A model generated the notes under the pieces. It was not told where the DNA came from. It was given only the letters and a program-made list of their open reading frames with translations, and ran no database searches. A DNA stretch of 64,000 bases from the human T2T-CHM13v2.0 reference genome, Homo sapiens: assembly GCF_009914755.1 (NCBI RefSeq), contig NC_060937.1. One strand, written 5' to 3'. A program made the position numbers and the translations under genes. Numbering within the stretch: position 1 is the stretch's first letter; each line of letters opens with the position of its first letter. Shown in pieces: positions 44,801 through 56,010 of this stretch.

Positions 44801-45550
44801 CCATTCTGTCGCATTCCATTCCTTTCCATTGTATTCCATCCCACTCTAATCCATGCCATTCCACTCCTTTCCTCTCCTCTTCACTCCACTCCAATCCACT
44901 CCACTCCATTCCATTCCATTTCATTCTATTCCACTGCATTCTGATACACTACTCTCAACTCCACTGCACTCCAGTGCACTCCATTCCACTCCTTTCCATT
45001 CCTTTCCATTCAGTTCCGTTCCATTCCATTCCATTCCCCTCCACTGCATTCCACTCCACTCCATTTCACTCCATTCCACTCCCTTCCACTCTTCTTCACT
45101 CCACTCCACTCCAGTCTATTCCACTCTAATCCATTCCTTTCCACTCCACTCCAGTCCATTCCACTCTAATCCATTCCTTTCCACTCCACTCCACTCCATT
45201 CCATTCCACTCTATTCCATTCCTTTCCACTCTATTCCATTCCATTCCATTCAATTGCACTCCATTCAACTCCACTCCACTCCACTCTCCAATTCACTCTA
45301 CTCCACTCCACTTTAATCCACTCCTTTCCACTCCACTCCATTCCAGTCCACTCTATTCCATTTGACTCCACTCCTCTCCACTCCACTCCATTCCATCCCA
45401 TTCCTTTCAAATCCCCTCCATTCCGTTGCACTCCTCTCCACTCCACTCCACTCCAATTGTCACCACTCCACTCTACTCCTTTCCATTCCACTCCACTCAA
45501 TTCCATTCCCTTCCATTCTGTTCCATTCCGTTTCATTCCACTGCACTCTG
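29840..45550 (+). repeat. HSat3 layer 2, diverged CACTC-rich peripheral satellite
   Basis: CACTC/CCACT pentamers appear abruptly after ~29880 and the GAATAAATT...GAGACC landmark is lost. A new landmark, CTCCACTTCACCGCATTCC-like, recurs at ~31790, 32436, 33165, 33990, 34500, 35662, 36220, 36870, 37600 and 41810. Confidence 0.8.
44146..44207 (-). mobile_element. Short inverted Alu fragment (3' end of right arm) embedded in HSat3
   Basis: CTCTGTCTCCCAGACTGTAGTGCAGTGACACAATCTTAGCTC (44166-44207) matches antisense Alu CTCTGTCGCCCAGGCTGGAGTGCAGTGGCGCGATCTCGGCTC. Many mismatches fall at consensus CpGs. It is preceded by a T-rich remnant (TTTATTT) consistent with a decayed poly(A). Confidence 0.85.
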
Positions 45551-46321
45551 ATCTTCACATAAAAACTAGACAGAAGATTTCTGAGAAACTTTTTTGTGAT
45601 ATGTGCATTCACCTCACAGAGTTTAACCATTCTTTTGATTGAGCAGTTTGGTAAAAGTCTTGTTGTAGAATCTACAAAAGGATATTTGTGAGCACTTTGA
45701 AGCCTGAGGTGAAAAAGTAAATATCTTCACAGCAAAACTAGAAAGATGGTGTCTGAGAAAGTGCTCTGTGATGTTTGAATTCATCTCACAGACTTCAACT
45801 TTTATATTGATTTAGCATATTGGAAACAGTCTTTTTGTAGAATCTCCAAAGGGATATTTTTGTACACTTGGAGGCCAATAGTGAGAAAGGAAATATCTTC
45901 ACATGAATACTAGACAGAAGCTTTCTGAGAACTTCTGTTTTATGTGTGCATTCCTCTCAAACAGTTGAACCATTCTTTTGATTGAGCAGTTTGGAAACAG
46001 TCTTTTTGTAGAATCAGCAAAGGGATATTGTGAGCGCTTTGAGTCCTACGGGGAAAAAGGAAATATTTTCACATAAAAACTCTACAGAAGGTTTCTGAGA
46101 AACTGCTTTGTAATGTGTGCATTCATCTCACAGAGGTAAATGTTTCTTTTCATTGAGTAGATGGGAAACTCTTTTCTTGTAGAATCTGCAAAGGGATATT
46201 TGTGAGCACTTTGAGGCTTATGGTGAAAAAGGAAATATCTTCATATAAAATGTAGACAGAAGCTTTCTGAGGAACATATTTGTGATTTATGCATTCATCT
46301 CATAGAGTTGAACCATTCTTA

Positions 46322-47486
46322 TTTTTTTTGGAGCTCTGGGTTTATTTTTTAATTATTTACTTTTATTATTATTATACTTTAAGTTTTAGGGAACATGTGT
46401 ACAACGTGCAGGTTTGTTACATATGTATACATGTGCCATGTTTGTGTGTTGCTCCCATGAACTCATCATTTAGCATTAGGTATACCTCCTAATGCTATCC
46501 CTCCCCCTCCCCCTCCTCCCACCCAACTACAATCCCTGGTGTGTGGTGTGTGATGTTTCCCTTCCTGTGTCCATGTGTTCTCTTCGATCAATTCCCAACT
46601 ATGTGTGAGAACATGTGGTGTTTTATTTTTTGTCCTTGCGATAGTTCGCTGAGAATGATGGTTTCCAGCTTCATCCATGTCCCTACAAAGGACATGAACT
46701 CATCATTTTTTATGGCCACATAGTCTTCCATGATGTATATGTGCCACATTCTCTTCATCCAGTCTACAGTGGTTGGACATTTACGTTGGTTCCAAGTCTT
46801 TGCTATTGTGAATAGTGCTGCTATAAACATACGTGTGCATGTGTCCTTATAGCAGCATGATTTATAGTCCTTTGGGTATATACCCAGTAATGGCATGGCT
46901 GGCTCAAGTGGTATTTCTAGTTCTGGATCCCTGAGGAATCGCCATGCCGACTTCCACAATGGTTGAACTAGTTTACAGTCCCACCAACAGTGCAAAAGTG
47001 TTCCTATTTCTCACATCCTCTCCAGCACCTGTTGTTTCCTGACTTTTTAATGATCGCCATTCTAACTGGTGTGAGATGGTATCTCATTGTGGTTTTGACT
47101 TGCATTTCTCTGATGGCCAGTGAAGATGAGCATTTTTTCATTGTTCATTGGCAGCATAAATGTCTTCTTTTGAGAAATGTCTGTTCATATCCTTTGCCCA
47201 CTTTTTGATGGGGTTGTTTGGTTTTTTTCCTGTAAATTTGTCTGAGTTCATTGTAGATTCTGGATATTAACCCTGTGTCAGATGAGTAGGTTGCAAAATT
47301 TTTCTCCCATTCTATAGGATTCCTGTTCACTCTGATGGTGTTTTCTTTAGCTGGGCAGAACCTCCTTAGTTTAATGAGATCCCATTTGTCAATTGTGACT
47401 TTTGTTGCCATTGCTTTAGGTGTTTTAGACATGAAGATCTTGCCCATGCCTATGTCCAGAATGCTATGGCCTAGGTTTTCTTCTAG
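46322..47486 (-). mobile_element. 5'-truncated LINE-1 (L1PA, approximately L1PA3-like), 3' ~1.17 kb
   Basis: T-rich tail followed by the canonical antisense L1 3' end (TTATACTTTAAGTTTTAGG..ACATGTG..CAGGTTTGTTACATATGTATACATGTGCCATG), the C-rich tract of the 3'UTR and the ORF2 C-terminus. Homology ends at CCTAGGTTTTCTTCTAG (~47486). The subfamily was estimated by eye from the TGTCCTTGCGATAG..CCAGCTTCATCCATGTCCCTACAAAGGACATGAAC pattern. Confidence 0.96.
46588..47486 (-). pseudogene. Dead L1 ORF2p C-terminal fragment (frameshifted, includes disrupted CCHC region)
   Basis: ORF 47145-47447 ([27 protein letters not shown]) and ORF 46588-46995 ([29 protein letters not shown]) match the L1 ORF2p C-terminus and keep the native stop at 46588-46590. 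An apparent 1-nt deletion near 47012 falls within the [18 protein letters not shown] motif. Confidence 0.93.
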
Positions 47487-50400
47487 AAATTTTATGTGAT
47501 GCGTTATTTTGATTAATGAGTTTGGATACTATGTTGTTGTAGAATCTGCAAGGAGATATTTGTGAGCGCTTTGAGGCCTTTGGTGAAAAAGGAAATACCT
47601 TCACATAATAAATAGACAGAAGTTCTCTGAGAAACCTCCCTGTCATGTGTGCATTCATCTCACATAGTTGAAACAGTCTTTTGACTGAACAGCTTGAAAA
47701 CTGTCAATTTGTAGAATCTGCAATGGGATATTTGTGAGCCCTTTGAGGCCTATGGTGAGAAAGGAAATATCTTCAATAAAAACTATAAAGAATGTTTCTG
47801 AGAAGCTGTTTTGCAAGGTTTGCCCTCATCTCAGAGAGATAAAAGTATCTATTCTTTGATGAGTCTGGAAACTCTGTTCTTGTAAAATCTGCAAAGGGAT
47901 ATTTGTGAGTGGCTTGAGGCCTACGGTAAAAAAGGAAATGTCTTCACATAAAAACTACACAGAAGATTTCAGAGAAACTTCTTTGTGATATATGCATTCA
48001 TCTCACAGAGTTGAACCATTCTTTTGATTGAGAAGTTTGGAAACAGTCTTTTCAGAGAATCTGCAAAAGGATATTTTGAGCGCTTTGTTACGTATGGTGA
48101 AAAGGGAAATATCTTCACATAAAAAGTGGACAGAAGCTTTTGGAGAAACTTCTTTGTGATGTGTGCATTCATCTCACAGATTTGAACCTTTCTTTTGATT
48201 GAGCAGTTTGAAAAGAGTCCTTTTCTAGAATCTGCAGAGGGATATTTGTGAGCCCTTTATGGCCTAAGGAGAAATAGGAAATATCTTCACATAAAAACTA
48301 GACAGAAGCATTCTGAGAAACTTCTTGGTGACATGTGCATTTATAACACAGAGTTGATCCCTTCTTTTGATTAAACAGTTTGGTAACAGTCTTTTTGTAG
48401 TATCTGTAGAGGGATGTTTGTGAGCAGTTTGAGGCCTATGGTGAACAAAGAAATATCTTCACATAAAAACTAGACAGAAGCTTTCTGAGAAACTTCTTTG
48501 TGATGTGTGAATTAATCTCAGAGTGTTGAACCTTTCTTTGGATGGAGCAGTTTGTAAACAATCTTTTTGTAGAATCTGCAAAGGTATATCTCTGAGCCCA
48601 TTGAGGCCTATGGTGAAATATGAAATATCTTCCCATAAAAACTAGACAGAAGGTTTCTAAGAAACTTCTTTGTGATGTGTGCTTCCATCTCACAGAGTTG
48701 AACCTTTCTTTTGATTGAGCAGTTTGGAAACCACCTTTTTGTAGAATCTGCAAATGGATATTTAGAGCGCTTTGAGGCCTATGGTAAAAAAGGAAATATC
48801 ATTACATAAAAATTCGACGGAAGCATTCTGAGAAACTTCTTTGTGAGGTTTTCATTCATCTCACACAGATGAACATTTATTTGATTGAAGATTTGACAAC
48901 AGTATTTTTGTAAAATCTACAAAGGGATAATTGTGAACCCTTTGAGGCCTATGGTGAAGTAGGAAATATCTTCACATAAAAACTACACAGAAACTTTCTG
49001 AGAAACTATTTTGTGATGCTTGCATTCATCTCACAAAGTTGAACCTTTCCTTTGCTAGAGCAGTTTGGAAACAGTCCTATTGTAGAATCCCCAAAGGGAT
49101 ATTTCTCAGCTGATTGAGGTCTTTGGTGATATAGGAAATATCTTCACATAAAGCTAGACAGAAGCTTTCTGAGAAACTTATTTTTAATGAGTGCTTTCAT
49201 CTCAAAGAGTTAAGCATTTCTTTTACTGAGCAGTTTGGAAACACTCTTTTTGCATAATCTGCAAATGGATAATTGGAGCGTTTCGAGGCCTATGGTGAAA
49301 AAGCAAATATCTTCACATAAAAACTAAACAGAAGCTTTCTGAGAAACTACTTTGTAATGCGTGCATTCATCTCACAGCGTTGAAATCTTCTTTTGATTGA
49401 ACAGTTTGTAAACAGTCTTTTTGTAGAATCTACAAATGGATATTTGGAGTGCTTTGAGGCCTATGGTAAAAAAGGAAATATCTTCACAAAAAAACTAGAA
49501 AGAAACATTCTGAGAAACTTCTTTGTGATATGTGCTTTCATCTCACAGAGATGAACCTTTCCTTTCATTGAGCAGCTTGGAAACAGACTTTTTATAGAAT
49601 CTGGAAATGCATATTTGGAGCGCTTTGAGGCCTGCGGTGAAAAAGGAAATATCTTCAGATAAACACTAAACAGAATCTTTCTAAGAAACTTCTTTGTGAT
49701 GCGTGCATTCATATCATAGAGCTGAAACTTTCTTTTGATTTAGCAGTTTGTAAACAGTCTTTTGGTAGAATCTGTGAATGGCTATTTCGAGCGTGTTGAG
49801 GCCTATGGTGAAAAAGGAAATATCTTCACAAAAAAACTACAAATATACATTCTGAGAAACTTCTTTGTGATGTGTGCTTTCACTTCACAGAGTTGAAACT
49901 TTCTTTTGATTGAGCTATTTGGAAACAGTCTTTTTGTGGAATCTGCAAATGGATATTTGGAGCACTTTGAGGCCTACGGTGAAAAAGGAAATACCTCACA
50001 TGAACCCTAGACAGAAGTATTCTGAGAAACTTCTTTGTCTTGTGTCCATTCATCTCACAGAGTTGAACCTTTCTTTGGATTGAGCAGTTTGGAAACAGTC
50101 TTATTGTAGAATCTGCAAAAAATATTTTTGAGCCCTTTATGGCCCATGGTGAAACAGGAAATATTCTCAAAGAAAAACTAGACAGAAGCTTTCTGAGAAA
50201 CTTCTTTGTGATGCGTGCTTTCAACACATGGAGTTGTACCTTTCTTTTGATTGAGCAGTTTGGAAAGGGTCTTTTTGTGGAATCAGCAAATGGATGTTTG
50301 GAGCGCTTTGAGGCCTATGGTGAAAAAGTAAATACCTTCACATAAAAAACAGACAGAAGCATTGTGAGAAACATCTCTGTGATGTGTGCATTCATTTCAT

Positions 50401-53400
50401 ACAGTTGAATCTTTCTTTGATTGAGGAGTTTAGAAACAGTCTTTTTGTGGAATCAGCAAATGGATGTTTGGAGCACTTTGAGGCTTATGGTGAAAAAGGA
50501 AATACCTTCACATAAAAAATAGACAGAAGGATTGTGAGAAACATCTATGTGATGTGTGCATTCATCTCATAGAGTTGAACCTTTCTTTGATTGAGCAGTT
50601 TGGAAACAGTCCTTTTGTAAAATCTGCAAAGGGGTATTTCTGAGCCCATTGAAGCCTAGGGTGAAAAAGAAATGTCTTCACATAAAAATTAGATAGAAGC
50701 ATTCTGATAAACTTTTTTGTGGTGTGTCCATTCATCTCGCAGAGTTGAAACTTTCTGTGGATTGAGCAGTTTGGAAACAGCCTTTTTGTAGAATTTACAA
50801 AAATATTTGTGAGCACTATATGGCCCATGGTGAAATAGGAAATACCTTCACACAAAAACTAGACAGAAGCTTTCTGAGAAACTACTTTGTGATGTTTGCT
50901 TCCGTGTCACAGGGTTGAAACTTTCTTTTGATTGAGCAGTTTGGAAACACTCTTTTTGTAGAATCTACAAATGGGTATTTGGAGTGCTTTGAGGCCTATA
51001 GTGAAAAAAGAAATATTTTCACCGAAAAACTAGATAGATGTATTCTGCAAAACTTCTTTGTGATGTGTGCATTCATCTCATAGAGTTGAATCTTTCTTTG
51101 GATTCAGCAGTTTTCTAAACAGTCCTTTTGTAGAATCTGCAAACGGATAATTCTGAGCCCACTGAGTCCTATGCTGAAAAAGGAAATATCTTCACATAAA
51201 AACCTAAAAACTAGACAGAAGCATTCTGAGAAACCTCTTTCTGGTGTGTGCATTCATCTCACAGAGTTGAACCTTTCTTTAGTTTGAACAGTTTGGAAAC
51301 AGTCTTTTTTTTGAATATGCAAATGGATATTTGTGAGCCCTTTACAGCCTATGGTGAAATAGGAAATATCTTCACATAAAAACCAGACAGTAGCATTCTG
51401 AGAAACTTCTTTGTGATGTGTGTATTCATCTCACAGAATTGAACATTTCTTTGGATGCAGCAGTTTGGAAACAGTCTTTTTGTAGTATCTGCAGAGGGAT
51501 ATTCATGAGCAGTTTAAGGCCTATGGTTAAAAAGGATATATCTTCACAGAAAACCTCGACAGATCCATTGTGAGAAACTTCTTTTAGATGTGTGCATTCA
51601 TCTCACAGAGTTGAACCTTTCTTTGGATTGAGCAGTTTTCTAAACAGACCTTTTGTAGAATCTACAAAGGGATACTTCTGAGCCCGTTGAGGCCTATGGT
51701 GAAAAAGGAAATATCTTCACATGAAATCTTAACAGAAGCTTTCTGAGAAACTTCTTTGTGATGTGTGCATTCATCTCACAGTGTTGAAACTTTCTTTTGA
51801 TTGAGCAGTTTGGAAATAGTCTTTTTGTACAATCTGCAAAGGGATATTCCTGAGCCATTTGAGGCTATTGTGAGATAAATATCTTCATATAAAAACTAGA
51901 CAAAAGCATTCTAAGAAACTTCTTTGTAATGTGTGCATTCATCACACAGAGTTGAAACTTTCTTTCGATTGTGCAGTTTGGAGACAGTATTTTTGTATAA
52001 TATGCAAAAGGATATTTTTGAGCCCTTTCAGGCCTATGGTGAAATAGGGAATATCTTCACACACAAAAAAAAACTAGACAGAAGCTTTCTGAGAAAATTC
52101 TTTGTGATGTGTGCTTTCGTCTTACAGAGTTGAACTTTTCTTTTGATTGAACAGTTTGGAAACATTCTTTTTGTAGAATCTGAAGATGGATATTTGCAGC
52201 ATTTCAGGCCTATGGTGAACAGGAAATGTCTTCACATAAAAACTAGAGAGAAGCATTCTGAGAAAGTTCCTTGTGATGTGTGCATTCATGTCACAGAGTT
52301 GAAACTTTCCTTGGATTGAGCAGTTTGGAAAGAGTCCTTTTGTAGAATCTGCAAAAGGATGTTTGTGAGCACATTGGAGCCTATGGTGAAATGGGAAATG
52401 TCTTCACATAAAAACTAGACAGAAGTTTTCTGTAAAACTTCTTTGTGCTGTGTGCTTTCACCACAAGGAGTTGAACCTCTCTTTTGATTGAGCAGTTTGG
52501 AAACACTCTTTTTGTAGAACTTGCAAACGGATATTTGTAGTGCTTTGAGGCCTATGGTGAAAAAGAAAATATCTGCATATAAAAACTAGTCGGAAACTTT
52601 CTGGGAAACTTTCTGAGAAACTTCTTTGTGATGTGTGCTTTCATCTCACAGAGTTGGATCTTGTTTTCATTGAGCAGTTTGGCAACAAGTCATTTTGTAG
52701 AATCTGAAAAGTGATATTTGTGAGTGGTTTGAGGCCTATAGTGAAAAAGTAAATATCTTCACCTAAAACCTAGACAGAAGCATTTTGAGAAAACTCTTTG
52801 TGATGTTTGCATTCATCTCACTGAGTTGAACCTTTCTATTCATTAAGCAGTGTGGAATCTTACTTTTTGTGCGATCTGCAAAGGAATATTTGTTTGCAGT
52901 TTGAGACCTATGGTGAAAAAGTAATATCTTCACATAAAAACTAGACAGTAGCATTCTGAGAAACTAATTTTTTTATGTGTGCATTGATCTCACAGAGTTG
53001 AACCTTTCTTTTGATGAGGCAGTTCAGAAACAGTTTTTTGTAGAATCTGAAAAGGGATATTTTTTATCTCTTTGAGGCCTAAGGTGAAATAGAAAATATC
53101 TTCACATAAAAACTAGACAGAAACTTTCTGAGAAACTTCTTTGTGATGTAGGCTTTCATCTCATAGATGTGAACCTTTATTTTGATTGAGCAGTTTGGAA
53201 AGAGTCTTTTGTAGTGTCTGAAGTGGGCTATTAGTGAGTGGACTGAGGCCTATGGTGAAAAAGGAAATGGCTTCTCAAAAAAAGTATACAGAAGCATTCT
53301 GAGAGACTTCTTTGTAATGTGCACATTCATCTTAAAGTGTTAAACATTTCTTTTGATTGAGCTTTTTGGAAACACTCTTTTTGTAGCATCTGCAAGTGTA

Positions 53401-56010
53401 TACTTCTGAGCCCATTGAGACCTATTTTGAAATATGAAATATCTTCACATAAAAACTAGATAGAAGGTTTCTAAGAAACTCCTTGGTGAAGTGTGCTTTC
53501 ATCTCACAGAGTTGAAACTTTCTTGTGATTAAGCAGTTTGAAAACACTCTTTTTGTAGATTCTGCAAGTGGATATTTGGAGCACTTTGAGACCCATGGTG
53601 AAAAAGGAAATATCTTCACATAAAAACTAAACAGAAGTTTTCTGAGAAACTTCTTTGTGATATGTGCATTCATCACACAGAGTTGAACCGTTCTTTTGAT
53701 TGAGCAATTTGGAAAAAGTCTTTTTGTAGAATCTGCAAATGGATATTTGGAGCACTTTGAGGCCTATGGTGAAAAATGAAACTTCTTCATATAAAACAAG
53801 ACAAAAGCATTCTGAGAAACTTCTTTGTGATGTGTGACAAAGTTTAGCCTTTCTTTTCATCGAGCAGTTTGGAAGCAGTCTTTTTGGAGAATCTGCAAAG
53901 GGATATTTGTTAGTGGTTTGTGGCCTATGGTGAAAAAGGAAATACCTTCACATAAAAACCAGACAGAAGCTTTTTGAGAAACCTCTTTATGATGTTTGCA
54001 TTCATTTCACAGAGTCGAATCTTCCTTTTCATTGAGCAGTTTGGAAACAGTCTTTTTCCACAATCTGTAAAGGGATATTTCTGAGTGATATTTCTGAATG
54101 AAGAAATATCTTCATATAAAAATTAGACAGAAGTATTCTGGGAAACTTCTTTGTGATGTGTGCATTCAAACCACAGAGTTGAAGCTTTCATTTCATTGAG
54201 TAGTTCAGAAATAGTCTTTTCATACAATCTGCAAAGGGATATTTCTGAGCCCTTTGAGGCCTATGGTGAAATAGGAAATATCTTTACATAAAAACTAGAC
54301 AGAAGCTTTCTGAGGAACTTCTTTGTGATGCGTGCTTTCATCTCACAGAGTTCAACCTTTTTTTTTGATGGAGCAGTTTGGATACAGTCATTTTGTAGAA
54401 TCTGCAAAGGGATATTTCTGAGTCCTTTGAGTCCTATAGTGAAATAGGGATTATCTTCACATAATAACTAGACAGAAGCATTCTGAGAAACTTCCTTGTG
54501 ATGTGCCCTTTCATTTCACAGAGTTGAACCTTTCCTTTGATTGAGCAGTTTGGAAACACTCTTTTTGTAGAACCTGTAAACAGATATTTGGAGCGCTTTG
54601 AGGCATAAGGTGAAAAAGGAAGAATCTGCACACAATAACTAGATAGAAACTTTCTGAGAAACTTCTTCATGATGCGTGCTTTCATCTCACAGATTCAAAC
54701 CTTTCTTTTCATTGAGTAGTTTAGGAACAAGTCATTTTGTAGAATCTGCAAAGTTATATTTGTGAGCTGTTTGAGGCCTATGGTGAAAAACAAAATATCT
54801 TCACATAAAAACCAGACAGAAGATTTTTGAGATAAATCTTTGTGATGTTTGCATTCATCTCAAAGAGTTGAACTTTTCTGTTCATTGAGGAGTTTGGAAA
54901 CTTTCTTTTTGTGCAAACTGCAAAGGAGTGTTTCTGAGTGGTTTGAGGCCTATGGTGAAAAAGAAATAACTTCACATAAAAACTAGACACAAGCATTCTG
55001 AGAAACTTCTTTTTTATCTGTGCATTCACCTCACAGAGTTGAACCTTTCTTTTCATTGAGCAGTTCAGAAACAGTCTTTTTGTAGAATCTGCAAAGGGAT
55101 ATTTGTGATCCCATTGAGGCCTACGGTGAAATAGGAAATATCTTCACATAAATACTAGACAGAAGCTTTCTGAGAAACATCTTTGTGATGTGTGCTTTCA
55201 TCCTACAGAGTTGAACCCTTCTGTTGATTGATCACTTTGGAAACAGTCTTTGGAAGAATCTACAAATGGATATTTGGAGAGCTTTGAGGCCTAGGTTTAA
55301 AAAGGAAATATATTCACATAAAAAGTAGAGGGAAGCATTTTGAGAAACTTCTTTGTGATGTGTGCTTTCATTTCACAGAGTTGAATCATTATTTTGGCTG
55401 AGCATCTTGGAAACAGTCTTTTTGTACAATCTGCAAAGGGATATTTGTGAGCCCTTTATGGCCTGTGGTGAAATACGAAATATCTTCACATAAAAACTAG
55501 ACAGAAGATTTCTGAGAAACTTCTTTGTGATGTGTGCCTTCATCTCACAGTGTTGAACATTTCTTTTGATTGATCAGTTTGGAAAGTTTTTTTGTAGAAT
55601 CTGCAAATGGATATTTGGAGATATTTGAGGCCTGTGGTGAAAAAGGAAGTATCTTAACATAAAAACTAGACAGAAGATTTCTGGAAAACTTCTTTGTGAT
55701 GTGTGAATTCATGTCACAGAGTTGAAGCTTTCTTCTGATTGAGTAGTTTGGAAACAGTCTTTTTGTAGAATCTGCAAAGGGTTATTTATGAGCGGTTTGA
55801 GGCCTATGGTGAAAAAGGGAGTATCAGCAAATAAAAACTAGACAGAAACTTTCTGAGAAACTTCTCTGTGATGTGTGCATTCATCTCGCAGAGTGGAAGT
55901 TTTCTTTGATTGAGCAGTTTGGAAACAGTCTTTTTGTAGAATCTGCAAAGGGATATATGTAGGTGGTTTGAGGTCTATAGTGAAAATGGAAATATCTTCA
56001 CATAAAAACT

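Larger units (their letters stand above)
1..45550 (+). repeat. Human Satellite 3 (Satellite III) array, (CATTC)n/(GGAAT)n, C-rich strand on +
   Basis: Continuous tandem pentamer CATTC with variants CGATT, CGAGT, CACTC, CTATT and CAATT across 45.5 kb. Long runs of pure CATTC are typical of HSat3. The 23/26-bp CATTCGATTC-type units of HSat2 do not dominate. ORFs in all frames are SIPFH/MEWNG pentapeptide repeats, as expected from the pentamer. Confidence 0.97.

Noticed and set aside
1-45550. Heat-shock elements (HSF1) or a SatIII lncRNA locus
   Set aside because: The nGAAn units are mostly head-to-tail rather than alternating. HSF1-driven SatIII transcription is established mainly for chr9q12 and cannot be assigned to this array from sequence.
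18-45562. Hundreds of long ORFs (up to 522 aa) encoding SIPFH or MEWNG pentapeptide repeats
   Set aside because: (CATTC)n has no stop codon in any frame, so long ORFs are expected. They overlap in several frames, many start at alternative codons, and there is no promoter or splice evidence. Translation of SatIII RNA cannot be supported from sequence alone.
46490-46560. G-rich tract / potential G-quadruplex and small GGTGTGT duplication
   Set aside because: The tract is the standard polypurine stretch of the L1 3'UTR with trivial slippage, so nothing is novel.
46289-47208. Plus-strand ORFs and the 46466-46678 ORF overlapping the L1
   Set aside because: These are antisense or off-frame translations of the L1 3' end, not independent genes.
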